Assembly: GCA_038211855.1 (NCBI GenBank)
Contig: JBBQVE010000006.1
Coordinates: 2,146-66,145 of the forward strand
Length of the DNA stretch: 64,000 nucleotides
Source: Candidatus Saccharimonadales bacterium
GTDB taxonomy: Bacteria; Patescibacteriota; Saccharimonadia; Saccharimonadales; SZUA-47
Direction: 5' to 3'
Shown one piece after another: positions 35,001-43,213 of the stretch (its first letter is position 1; each line of letters begins with the position of its first letter). The notes under the pieces were generated by a model, which searched no databases, was not told the DNA's origin, and saw nothing but the letters and a program-made list of their open reading frames with translations. The position numbers and the translations under genes were made by a program.

Positions 35001-35211
35001 CAACTGTCGCAGAAGACCGCACTGCATAAAGCTTGCTGTCGTCTAACTCTAATTGCACATCTTTTAAGAGATGGCCGGAGGCATTGAATCCATCATGAGA
35101 AATAGCCCATCCAGCCGGCACCTTCAATCTATTTTGCAACAAAAAAGCGAGATTAGAAGCCTTTCCACCGAATTTCGTAAGATCATTTGCGTCCTCTAGA
35201 CGCACGATCAT
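32062..35211 (-). CDS. PEP-utilizing/PPDK_N-family phosphotransferase with two phosphohistidine swivel domains
   Basis: N-terminal ATP-grasp PPDK_N (FGGKASNLAFL...RSSATVEDAGDKSWAGQFETFL...DIEWAIDKSGILWITQSRPIT). Swivel 1 is ITDHGGMMSHAAIVAREFNLPCIVG (His637, 33301-33303). Swivel 2 is ITDQGGILCHAAIVARELKKPCIVG (His1008, 32188-32190). I recognise no PEP/pyruvate TIM-barrel motifs. Confidence 0.85.
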   Translation of the reverse strand: MIVRLEDANDLTKFGGKASNLAFLLQNRLKVPAGWAISHDGFNASGHLLKDVQLELDDSKLYAVRSSATVEDAGDKSWAGQFETFLYVAPKDVITKTEECHATSNRRTEAYAAEVGKGTDFKVAVVVQEMVNPEYAGVLFTKNPVSGKNEIVVEYVKGIGEQLVGGKVTPGQISWDRKSQKLITKKQAPFDTEDLISAGLSIEAFYDGVPQDIEWAIDKSGILWITQSRPITALNIKQTGEGHHYLGEPETLFYWGPASARPLYMSDFLIAEQVNFKHLYESKDYPNPPKTLLLFHENKSLWLNKADAFAEFSEEIFDAYVKHGDLQEDIADWKRAASKIEFDKVYEPKALSDLLAAAWRPTLIAELALYGGESSITKQLSNYSKDDQRRIIGGFSQPDRPTFINKIDEDVVDLNDPKKLAKKYWWSLSSYAGVGKQVSLEKYYVKRIIDLGGKADVIVGSAENRAHLARVFNLKPTIIKQLNLLRNIAEFMDDRKAWMMQSRSVIQKMVQTIAEKTGQEILHLENCRIDELTDESPQEYYGWTYLKGENISLKKAEVDRAWDWYVSYRAAESVLQGIVSSRGGLHFLSGEVVVVHDPIEQIPEGKIVVVPSTSPSYVPIMRRAAALITDHGGMMSHAAIVAREFNLPCIVGTVHATKVLKTGDKVVLDLVNGLVNKSKKEQKSGDVLSKFYEKQIPFTEWLEKVGHADTKAMRVENNYKRERLGLIAEIIPFPFDKPTTFDATELTSRTDELKKFIAENGEEACALRLIPKKGIHLEVLRNRGKKIKDVMLWYDTQTIDPTKYTVEFVPHMDVNEWSTIFIINDYGVFGEIIADGHNVLTQGFYDNDMPSIFTFDFTNWHIEPSNKPALKYLKEMISYVLVKDAKKQSTLKTAVDATFTHDYMKGYYETVYSKETGTWFIDYSRTLAKLYADFKLSISSPIAGQLQGRVASAPQEAVTGKVRIVDSPHGIELSSDEILVCKMTSPDYIPLIVQARAIITDQGGILCHAAIVARELKKPCIVGTHNATELLKTGDTVRLSLTNGSIEKQ

Positions 35212-37865
35212 AGTTCGCCCCAGTTTTTGCCGGTGCTCACGTCAACACGGAGGTTCACGCCCAGTTTTGGATAGATGTTCTCCATGGTTTCTTTCAGGAT
35301 TTTACCGACTTCATCGGCATCTCTTTCGAGACATTCAACGAGGATACTGTCGTGGATTTGTAGGAGTTGCTGAGCGCCTTTTGGCAATTTTTCTTCTACC
35401 GCCGACATCGCAAGTTTGGTAAGATCGGCGGCTGTGCCTTGAATTGGCATATTGATGGCAGCTCGGTAGGCACCTTCTCTGACTGGGAAAGCTGGTGATT
35501 TTACATCTGGCGTTGGGCGACGGCGACCAAGCAGTGTTTCGACGTAGCCACGGTTTAAAGCTTGCTCACGGAAGGTCGTAATCATGCCTTTGAGCTTTGG
35601 ACGGACAGCGAAGTATTTTTCGATGAATTCTTTGGCTTCGGCCAGGCTAATACCCGTCCCATTAGCGAGCCCAAAAGTTCCCTGCCCGTACAAAATACCG
35701 AAGTTAACGGCCTTGGCTGCGTAACGCATCTCTTTGGTGACATCCTTTGGATCGATTCCCTGAATTAATGCTGCTGTTTCGGTATGAATATCACGGTCGT
35801 CGTTAAAGGCCTTAATCATCAGCTCGTCACCACTCATGGCGGCCGCGATACGCAGCTCAAACTGGCTGTAATCGGCACTGACGAATGCATTTCCCTTCTC
35901 GGTAATGAAACCACGGCGAATGCCTTTGCCAAGTTCAGTGCGCACCGGAATATTCTGGAGATTCGGGTCAATTGAACTCAGCCGGCCAGTGGCAGCACTA
36001 GTCAAATTGAAGGTGGTATGAATGCGGTCGTGCTCGTCAGTCAATAGCGGCAACGTGTCGACATAAGTTGATTTGAGCTTGGTGAATTCACGATAATTTT
36101 GTATACATTCGATGATTAGATGCTTGTCTTTGATCTTTTCGAGCACATCATTGGCGGTACTGTAGTTGCCGTTCTTCCCCTTCTTGGTGAAGGTAGTTGG
36201 CAGGGCTAATTTCTCGAACAGAATCTCACCGAGTTGGCCAGGGCTGGAAATATTAAATTCTTGATTCGCAAAACCATAAATCGTTTGTTCGATATCACTG
36301 ATGCGGCCCTCAAGGTCGAGGGCAAAGGCGGCAAAGAATGGCGGATCGATCTTGATACCGGCACGCTCCATACGGGCTAAGACGGGAATTACCGGCCAAT
36401 CCACTGTGGTCGCAAGGTTAATAAGTGAGGTGACTTCACTCATCTGCATGCTCTGCATATTGGCGAGTGCCAGAATTACCCCAACGATTTCATCGGCCTT
36501 TTCGAGCAGCTGATCGTCATCCAAATCTTCCAGGTTACCTTCGTAGCCGAGATCCCGAGCAGCAAGGGCAGTCAGTGTACGGTCACGGCCCAGTGAATCA
36601 ATAATAAAGTCAGCTATCAGCGTGTCGTGAGCGACTTTTGGCAGTTTCATGCCAAGTTCTAGTAACACCTTAAAACTGTTTTTTATATCGTGACCCATGG
36701 CTGATTCTAGACTACCAAGTCCCTTTTCGGGGATGGCAACTTTGCGTAGGTCAATTGCGTAGGCATGCTCTGAATCACCAAGAATTAACACCTTTGGCTC
36801 AGTGCCATTTTTTCCTGCTGAGCGGGCATGCACCACTAATTCATTGCTCGTATGTATCTGCTTGAAGTCACCCGGCTTTGTAATTGTTACTAACTTCGGC
36901 ATATGAATCTCTTGTAGCTCCTTAAACGTTCCCTTTGCTGGCGAATCAATATCGAAGTTTTTTGGCACCGGTACATCCGCAGCGCGCATAACTGCTGGCA
37001 GGGTTTTAAGCAAAGATCGGAACTCGAGGCGCTTCAGAATCTCAGCCAGCTCAGCCGTGTCGAGTTTATTTACATCCATTTCTTCCAGGTCGAGCGGAAC
37101 TGGCGCATCATCAAATAGCCGTGCAATCTCTTTGCTCATATAGGCAGAGTCCTTGCCTGCCGCGAGCTTACGAGCCACAGAATCTTTTATAAGTGCCAGA
37201 TTTTCATATACATTGTCGAGGGTTTTATATTCCTGCAGTAGTGTAATCGCCGTTTTTTCGCCGATACCAGGCACGCCCGGAATATTATCGGAACCGTCGC
37301 CTTTGAGGGATTTTAGATCGAGGAATTGATCCGTTTTGAGGCCATATTTTTCTTCGAACATCTCAGGTGTGTATTTATCAATATTCGTGAAGCCTTTTTT
37401 GAGCGCGTAGACATGCGTCAACGGACCTAGACACTGCAAAGCATCCAAGTCGCTGGTAATAAGCATCGTTTCAATTCCCACCGCTGAGGCTTTTTTGGCC
37501 AGCGTACAAAGGATGTCATCGGCCTCGAAATCATCATATTCATAAAGCGGCCAGTTAAATGCGCGCAATAGTTCATGCAAAATTGGAATCTGGGCATAAA
37601 AGTCAGGCGGCGGTCTTTTGCGGCCAGCTTTGTACTGCGGATACACTGCCAAGCGCCTTCGCACATTGGTTTTTGGCTTGTCCCAAGCAACACAAACATA
37701 ATCTGGCTTTAGCTTCTTAATCAGTTCGAGGGCCATGGCAGTGAAGCCGTAAATCCCCCCAGTAGGCGTACCATCTTTGGTGCTGAGACCTCCCATGGCG
37801 TAATAGCCACGATAAAACACACTCAGACCATCGATAATTGCCAGTTTTTTGGGTGCGTCAGCCAT
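35208..37865 (-). CDS. polA: DNA polymerase I
   Basis: 5'-nuclease N-domain, motif A VSADYSQFELRI, motif B RYAAKAVNFGILYG, motif C QIHDSILVE. The TGA stop overlaps the next ATG (ATGA). Confidence 0.95.
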   Translation of the reverse strand: MADAPKKLAIIDGLSVFYRGYYAMGGLSTKDGTPTGGIYGFTAMALELIKKLKPDYVCVAWDKPKTNVRRRLAVYPQYKAGRKRPPPDFYAQIPILHELLRAFNWPLYEYDDFEADDILCTLAKKASAVGIETMLITSDLDALQCLGPLTHVYALKKGFTNIDKYTPEMFEEKYGLKTDQFLDLKSLKGDGSDNIPGVPGIGEKTAITLLQEYKTLDNVYENLALIKDSVARKLAAGKDSAYMSKEIARLFDDAPVPLDLEEMDVNKLDTAELAEILKRLEFRSLLKTLPAVMRAADVPVPKNFDIDSPAKGTFKELQEIHMPKLVTITKPGDFKQIHTSNELVVHARSAGKNGTEPKVLILGDSEHAYAIDLRKVAIPEKGLGSLESAMGHDIKNSFKVLLELGMKLPKVAHDTLIADFIIDSLGRDRTLTALAARDLGYEGNLEDLDDDQLLEKADEIVGVILALANMQSMQMSEVTSLINLATTVDWPVIPVLARMERAGIKIDPPFFAAFALDLEGRISDIEQTIYGFANQEFNISSPGQLGEILFEKLALPTTFTKKGKNGNYSTANDVLEKIKDKHLIIECIQNYREFTKLKSTYVDTLPLLTDEHDRIHTTFNLTSAATGRLSSIDPNLQNIPVRTELGKGIRRGFITEKGNAFVSADYSQFELRIAAAMSGDELMIKAFNDDRDIHTETAALIQGIDPKDVTKEMRYAAKAVNFGILYGQGTFGLANGTGISLAEAKEFIEKYFAVRPKLKGMITTFREQALNRGYVETLLGRRRPTPDVKSPAFPVREGAYRAAINMPIQGTAADLTKLAMSAVEEKLPKGAQQLLQIHDSILVECLERDADEVGKILKETMENIYPKLGVNLRVDVSTGKNWGEL

Positions 37866-37872
37866 CTATATA

Positions 37873-37900
37873 AGTATACGCTGTTGTAACAGAGATGTAA
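37873..37900 (-). promoter_or_regulatory. Putative polA promoter (leaderless geometry)
   Basis: TTACAT (37900-37895), 16 nt, TATACT (37878-37873), then 7 nt to the ATG at 37865. Confidence 0.5.
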
Positions 37901-38434
37901 CTAGGCTGCCTGATCTAGGAAGTGCTGGGACGCTTCGAATAATTCGTCAAGACTTGCCTGGTTGCGCAAAGTTGCTGCTAAACCAAAGTAAAGATCACTT
38001 TCAAAAATTCCGTATTTTAGAACCGGTGCTACTTCCGTCTCTGCAGTAAACACAAGACCCTCGGGAATAAGGTCGAACTGAATATAGGGAGCGGGTATTT
38101 TTTGTTCGAGCTCGTCAACTTCAATCTTAAAAGGCTGGCCGAGGAAATCAACTACAACGATCCTAGCTCCGGTTAATTGCTTTCCTTCTTCGGTCGTAAC
38201 GGTAAGGTTGCTTTCGAGCGTTGAAAAAATGGGAACTTGGATAGTACTCATATTGTTCGTATCCCAATTTGCAATGTGAAGGATAGCGGCGCCAGATTCT
38301 GTCTCCAAAGGACTTCGATACTTCAGTTTGGTAAATAACGGCATGAGATCGCTTTTGCCAAGGCAAAGTTCGGCCGCCCGCATAATCATAGTAATTTCTC
38401 TAGCAGCTGGATGCTCTACCTCAAATAATGCCAT
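37901..38434 (-). CDS. Hypothetical cytoplasmic protein
   Basis: 177 aa from ATG 38434 (MALFEVEHPAAR...). No motif recognised. The track start at 38452 is a TTG lying inside the -10 region. Confidence 0.55.
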   Translation of the reverse strand: MALFEVEHPAAREITMIMRAAELCLGKSDLMPLFTKLKYRSPLETESGAAILHIANWDTNNMSTIQVPIFSTLESNLTVTTEEGKQLTGARIVVVDFLGQPFKIEVDELEQKIPAPYIQFDLIPEGLVFTAETEVAPVLKYGIFESDLYFGLAATLRNQASLDELFEASQHFLDQAA

Positions 38435-38440
38435 GTACTC

Positions 38441-38469
38441 TTTATAATGCAATACTGCCCCATTTACAA
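38441..38469 (-). promoter_or_regulatory. Sigma70-like promoter (leaderless geometry)
   Basis: TTGTAA (38469-38464), 17 nt, TATAAA (38446-38441), then 6 nt to the ATG at 38434. Confidence 0.55.
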
Positions 38470-38510
38470 GCAGTACCTCTATAGAGATAAACGAGGTACA
38501 ATAAGCTGAA

Positions 38511-41291
38511 ATGGATGGGACAAAAACAGATATTGTTGAGGCGTACCGCTTAAGTGTGCCTGATGCGTTGCACGAATACCATGCGGTGACGACGGGACTT
38601 GAAGCCAGCGAGTCAGCCAGCCGTCAACAGAAATTCGGCTGGAATAAGCTTGTCCCTGTAAAGAAAGATAGCCTACCGCTGCGTTTTGCTCGCCAATTTA
38701 AAGACCTGATGATTATCCTGCTGATTCTCAGTAGCGTGTTTTCTTTTGTAATCGGCGATGCTCGCACAGCCGTCGTCCTGGCGGCCATCGTCCTTATTAA
38801 CGCGACTATCGGCTTCACGCAGGAATACCGCGCCGAACGCGTCATGGAGTCGCTCGAAAAGCTAGTGGTGGCACTCGCCAAAGTAAAGCGTGACGGCAAA
38901 CTCAGCGAAATCCCCAGCGTCGAACTGGTGCCAGGCGACATTATCTATGTAGAAGAGGGCGATAGCGCTCCAGCTGACGTACGTGTCATCGAAGAAACGG
39001 AACTTTCTACAAACGATTTTGCCCTCACCGGTGAATCCAGTCCAAGCCGCAAATTCACTCACGCTATCGAAGGTACCGTGCCGCTCGCCAACCGCCACAA
39101 TCTCGTCTTTATGGGGACAACCGTCGCGACCGGTGATGCGACTTGCCTCGTGATTGCCACTGGTATGCAGACCGAACTTGGCCGCATTGCTTCCTTAAGT
39201 GGTGGTCAAAAAACCGAAACTAGTCCGTTGCAAAAAGAAATGACCAGCCTGGCCACAACTATCACCAAAGGCACGCTTATATTAGGGGCGATTCTAGCAG
39301 CCATTGCTTGGAAAGCCGACTTTGGCCTCAAAGATTCGTTTATCTTTGCCATCGGCATCGCCAGCGCTATGATTCCTCAGGGACTGCCAGCCGAAGTGAA
39401 CACTGCTCTAGCGAGTGCCGCCGGACGACTCGCCAAAGACCGTGCTTTAGTAAAGAAATTATCAGCCGTGGAAACACTTGGTGCTACCTCTGTTATTTTA
39501 ACAGATAAAACCGGTACTTTAACGAAGAATGAAATGACCGTCCAGCAGCTACAGATCGGCACTAATACCTACAATATAAGCGGCACGGGCTACGAGTCGA
39601 ACGGCGAAATCCTCCTTAAAAACAGCCCCTTGAAACCCGCCTCGCTCGAAGCCCTAGAGCAGTTCTTTGCTTGCGGCGCACTGGCCAGCAATGCTCATGT
39701 CCACCCGCCAGATGATACCCACGCTACCTGGTATTGTCTTGGCGATCCAACGGAAGGCGCGCTGATTACACTCGCACGCAAGGGTGGTATAGACGTTGAA
39801 AAGCTTGAAAAAAATCATAAAGAATTACGCGAATTCCCTTTTGACTCTGCTCGCAAACGCATGACGAGTGTGCGCTTGTGGAATGGAACCTTGACTGCCT
39901 TTGCCAAAGGCGCGCCAGAAAGTGTAGTAGCGGCCTGCACGCATCTCTGGGATGGCGAAACCGTCCGCAAACTAACCATACACGACATACAGGATATACG
40001 CGCGCGTAATGATCTCTGGGCCAGCGGTGCTATGCGCAACCTCGCCTTTGCGTACCGCGAACTACCCAAAGGTACCAACATAGAAGATTTAGCCATGAAA
40101 GAAGTCGAAGCCAAAATGGTCTTCATGGGACTTGTCAGCATGATTGATCCGCCGCGTGATGAAGTGCCAGAAGCTATGGTAATTGCCCGGGCCGCCCATA
40201 TCCCCGTCAGCATTATCACAGGCGACAATGCCCTCACAGCACGCGCGATAGCGGTACGCGCTGGCCTTGCAGAGCATCCTGATGACTTAAAACTCATCGC
40301 CGGCGAAGATTTACCAGCAATGAGCGACCACGACGTACTAGCGCTCGTTGTCCGTGGTCAAACGATATTTAGCAGGGTTGCACCAGAGGATAAATTACGC
40401 ATCGTCGAGATCGTTAAAAAAAGTGGTAGAGTTGTCGCAGTCACGGGCGATGGAATTAACGATGCACCTGCCCTGAAACGTGCTGATATCGGTGTTGCTA
40501 TGGGCAAAACTGGTACTGATGTTGCGAAGCAGTCGGCCGAAATCGTCTTACTTGATGACAGCTTCCATACCTTAGTAAACGCCGTGCAAGAAGGTCGTGT
40601 TATTTTTCAGAACATCCATAAAGCCGCGTTGAGTGCCATAACTAGTAATGGTGGGGAGTTGTTCGTGGTGCTTGTATCCCTTGCTATGCAGACCGCCTTC
40701 AAGGTGCCGATTGCGATCGGTGCCGTGCAGATTCTGGCAATCGATCTGATTGCCGAGTTGTTCCCCATTGCTGCCCTTGGTTGGGATCCGGCTGAGGGCG
40801 ATCTGATGCACGAACATCCACGTAATCTAAAAGAGCATATCTTGAACCGAGCAAATATCTGGGACCTTGCCTGGAGTGGCGCACTGATGGGCGGTTTTGG
40901 GTACCTCAACTACATGTTGTTCTTCGCACGTCACGGACTCACTGCCCAAGGCTTCAGCAAAACAACTGTGGCCTATGCCACTGCCACCACCCTTACCTAT
41001 GTAACGATTTGTCTGTGTCAGTTTGGCAGCATTATGATGCGCCGCGTCAAGCCAGGTCACAGACTCCTGACAAACTACTTATGGTCGAACAAGAAGCTGT
41101 TTGTGGCCTTTGGTATCTCAATTACGTTGATGTTGTCGCTAATCTATGTACCGTTCTTGCAGCCGTACTTTGGCACGGCAGGTTTGCACGCCGCAGACTG
41201 GCTCTACGCGTTTCTGGCGGCCGCTTTATTTGTGACCATTCGCCAGGGCATTTTTAGGATGCGTTCGCAGCGCGCAGTCGCTAACGACTAG
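38511..41291 (+). CDS. P-type cation-transporting ATPase (P2-like, Ca2+/Mg2+ type)
   Basis: LTGES actuator motif, phosphorylation site DKTGTLT, hinge TGDGINDAPALKRADIG, ~10 TM helices. The ion specificity cannot be fixed from sequence by eye. Confidence 0.92.
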   Translation: MDGTKTDIVEAYRLSVPDALHEYHAVTTGLEASESASRQQKFGWNKLVPVKKDSLPLRFARQFKDLMIILLILSSVFSFVIGDARTAVVLAAIVLINATIGFTQEYRAERVMESLEKLVVALAKVKRDGKLSEIPSVELVPGDIIYVEEGDSAPADVRVIEETELSTNDFALTGESSPSRKFTHAIEGTVPLANRHNLVFMGTTVATGDATCLVIATGMQTELGRIASLSGGQKTETSPLQKEMTSLATTITKGTLILGAILAAIAWKADFGLKDSFIFAIGIASAMIPQGLPAEVNTALASAAGRLAKDRALVKKLSAVETLGATSVILTDKTGTLTKNEMTVQQLQIGTNTYNISGTGYESNGEILLKNSPLKPASLEALEQFFACGALASNAHVHPPDDTHATWYCLGDPTEGALITLARKGGIDVEKLEKNHKELREFPFDSARKRMTSVRLWNGTLTAFAKGAPESVVAACTHLWDGETVRKLTIHDIQDIRARNDLWASGAMRNLAFAYRELPKGTNIEDLAMKEVEAKMVFMGLVSMIDPPRDEVPEAMVIARAAHIPVSIITGDNALTARAIAVRAGLAEHPDDLKLIAGEDLPAMSDHDVLALVVRGQTIFSRVAPEDKLRIVEIVKKSGRVVAVTGDGINDAPALKRADIGVAMGKTGTDVAKQSAEIVLLDDSFHTLVNAVQEGRVIFQNIHKAALSAITSNGGELFVVLVSLAMQTAFKVPIAIGAVQILAIDLIAELFPIAALGWDPAEGDLMHEHPRNLKEHILNRANIWDLAWSGALMGGFGYLNYMLFFARHGLTAQGFSKTTVAYATATTLTYVTICLCQFGSIMMRRVKPGHRLLTNYLWSNKKLFVAFGISITLMLSLIYVPFLQPYFGTAGLHAADWLYAFLAAALFVTIRQGIFRMRSQRAVAND

Positions 41292-42255
41292 TAAGTGCCC
41301 GATGTAATTCGACTACAGAGTTGATGCCTGAGTTGATTTCCTGCAAGAGTTCATGAGGCTTACGGACAAGATTCGCAAAACCGGCCCCAAAACCAATGAT
41401 TTCTGTTTCGGCGCCATTTGGAATACCGACATGTCGCATAAAGTCAGCCTTCTGGAAAAACGTATACTGGGCATTTGTGACGCTAAGAGCCGATTTGCCA
41501 ATTCCCGCGATGCCTCTTTTTTCTAATTCACTGCTCCGATTAAGTGTACTTACAAACCGATAAGCATCTGCTGTATTCGCACGTGCTGTACCCTCAATAG
41601 CCGGCGCCCAGATAGAAACAACATCTAATCCACTGTCTGTTTTGTAAATGCGTAAGCGACCATGATCCCGTGAGCTTGAGTCCGTTGGACCAAACCGTGT
41701 CTCTTCAATTTCATGGACATCATGAGTCGCTCGTAAAGCACCATCCATGAGGTCATACTCGTAGTTTGCGTTCGGTGCGTAGTCTGCTGTTTTTTCCTTT
41801 TCAGCGTCCTGCAAAACCCTTCCGGAGCCAAGAAGGAACATCGTACCAACGGTTCCGACATGTGCCGTGTAAAATTTTAATCGAGACAGCGGTGCTTTGT
41901 TGCCGGCACCTAATATCCAGGCAGAATCATATCCCTCCTTTGAGGGCAAAGTATCGTCAACCAAGTTAAAACCAGAAATGTTCCTGGATGCCGCAAAGAC
42001 AAGGCGAGCCATCATAACATTTTCGTTAATTTCGGTAGGCTCGACCGACTGCCACCTTTCAACAAAGTTATCTTTCGTGCTTTTACGAAAGTCAAAGGTA
42101 GCATTCGTAAACTCTTGCAGGTTTAAGAGCTTATCGCCATCAGTACCGTCTGTTTGAGGCTCAAAACCAAAGGTTTGTGCCACTAGCAGTAAATGAGGGT
42201 CCGTAACGACTCCATTTACAAATTCTCGTCCACTTTCTCTGGTATCAATCATCAT
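41281..42255 (-). CDS. Hypothetical protein (weak DUF218/YdcF-like resemblance)
   Basis: 324 aa, no TM. The segments WILGAGNKAPLSRL...LLGSGR...YEYDLM faintly recall the YdcF/SanA fold. The 3' end overlaps the convergent ATPase gene by 11 nt. Confidence 0.55.
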   Translation of the reverse strand: MMIDTRESGREFVNGVVTDPHLLLVAQTFGFEPQTDGTDGDKLLNLQEFTNATFDFRKSTKDNFVERWQSVEPTEINENVMMARLVFAASRNISGFNLVDDTLPSKEGYDSAWILGAGNKAPLSRLKFYTAHVGTVGTMFLLGSGRVLQDAEKEKTADYAPNANYEYDLMDGALRATHDVHEIEETRFGPTDSSSRDHGRLRIYKTDSGLDVVSIWAPAIEGTARANTADAYRFVSTLNRSSELEKRGIAGIGKSALSVTNAQYTFFQKADFMRHVGIPNGAETEIIGFGAGFANLVRKPHELLQEINSGINSVVELHRALTSR

Positions 42256-42308
42256 CAGTATAAGGAATGATTATAACATAATTATGCTATATTTGCTATA
42301 ATATTCGA

Positions 42309-43160
42309 TTAACGCGAGATACTATGATGGGCGACGAGTTTGACCACCCGTTGCCGAGACGGCATCACCTTCTTTTCAAAGACAACTAACGGATTATACT
42401 TAAGCTGTTGAGCAGTCCACGTCTGACTATCGATGGCTGTTTGCAGTGGTACTCTCAAGCGCCGTGGCAGGTGCGCAAAACGGTCATTAGCTTCATTTTG
42501 CCATTGTGCGTAGCGTAGCAACTCGGCGTGTATAAAATCTGCGAACATACCGGGTTTTTTGCGCGCTTCTGCCTCTGTTAAATTCTTCAAACCGTACTTC
42601 TTGACGTCATTCGCCGGAAAGTAACAGCGACCGCGCATATTGTCTTCGGCGATGTCGCGCAGAAAGGTAATATATTGCATCGCTCTGGCCTGCAAACGGA
42701 CGGCTTTCATCGATTCTTCGGGCAGGCCAATAATACGGGCAGCCATCAGGCCGATGACTTCTGCCGAACCATAGACGTACTCAATGCTGTCCTTAAGTGT
42801 GCGGTACTGGTGCTTCTGGAGGTCCCAGCGCATGCTGCGCAAGTAAGCGTCTATCCACGCGGGATCAAAGCTGTGGCGGTGCGTAAGATAAGCAATATTG
42901 GCGAGGACATGCTCGCTCACCGAGCCATCAATTGGTGCCGGTACCTGTTTTTTAAGGAGGTCGACTTTGATGTGCTGCCAACGATGCTCGATGTGTTCGA
43001 ACTGTTCAATAGTGGCCGGATCTGCATCGACAAAACCATCGACCGTTCGAATAAAACTATACAATTTAAAGATGTCGTCGCGCGCTGGCTTGGGAATAAA
43101 ACGATTACTCCAATAGTAAGGAGTGTGGCCAGTTTTTAGGATTTTTCTTTCAACGCTCAT
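42309..43160 (-). CDS. Squalene/phytoene synthase-family enzyme
   Basis: Both Asp-rich motifs are present (RTVDGFVDAD and FLRDIAEDNMRGRCYFP). 283 aa. Confidence 0.85.
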   Translation of the reverse strand: MSVERKILKTGHTPYYWSNRFIPKPARDDIFKLYSFIRTVDGFVDADPATIEQFEHIEHRWQHIKVDLLKKQVPAPIDGSVSEHVLANIAYLTHRHSFDPAWIDAYLRSMRWDLQKHQYRTLKDSIEYVYGSAEVIGLMAARIIGLPEESMKAVRLQARAMQYITFLRDIAEDNMRGRCYFPANDVKKYGLKNLTEAEARKKPGMFADFIHAELLRYAQWQNEANDRFAHLPRRLRVPLQTAIDSQTWTAQQLKYNPLVVFEKKVMPSRQRVVKLVAHHSISR

Positions 43161-43213
43161 GGTTATAATTATGCCAAAAAAAATCTCGTCATACAGCAGT
43201 AATTAATACAGAC

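Noticed and set aside
35208-35211. Possibility of an alternative genetic code (UGA as Gly, code 25) as in some CPR lineages.
   Set aside because: polA terminates at a TGA that overlaps the next ATG, and protein lengths match their families under the standard code. There is no sign of in-frame TGA read-through in conserved genes.
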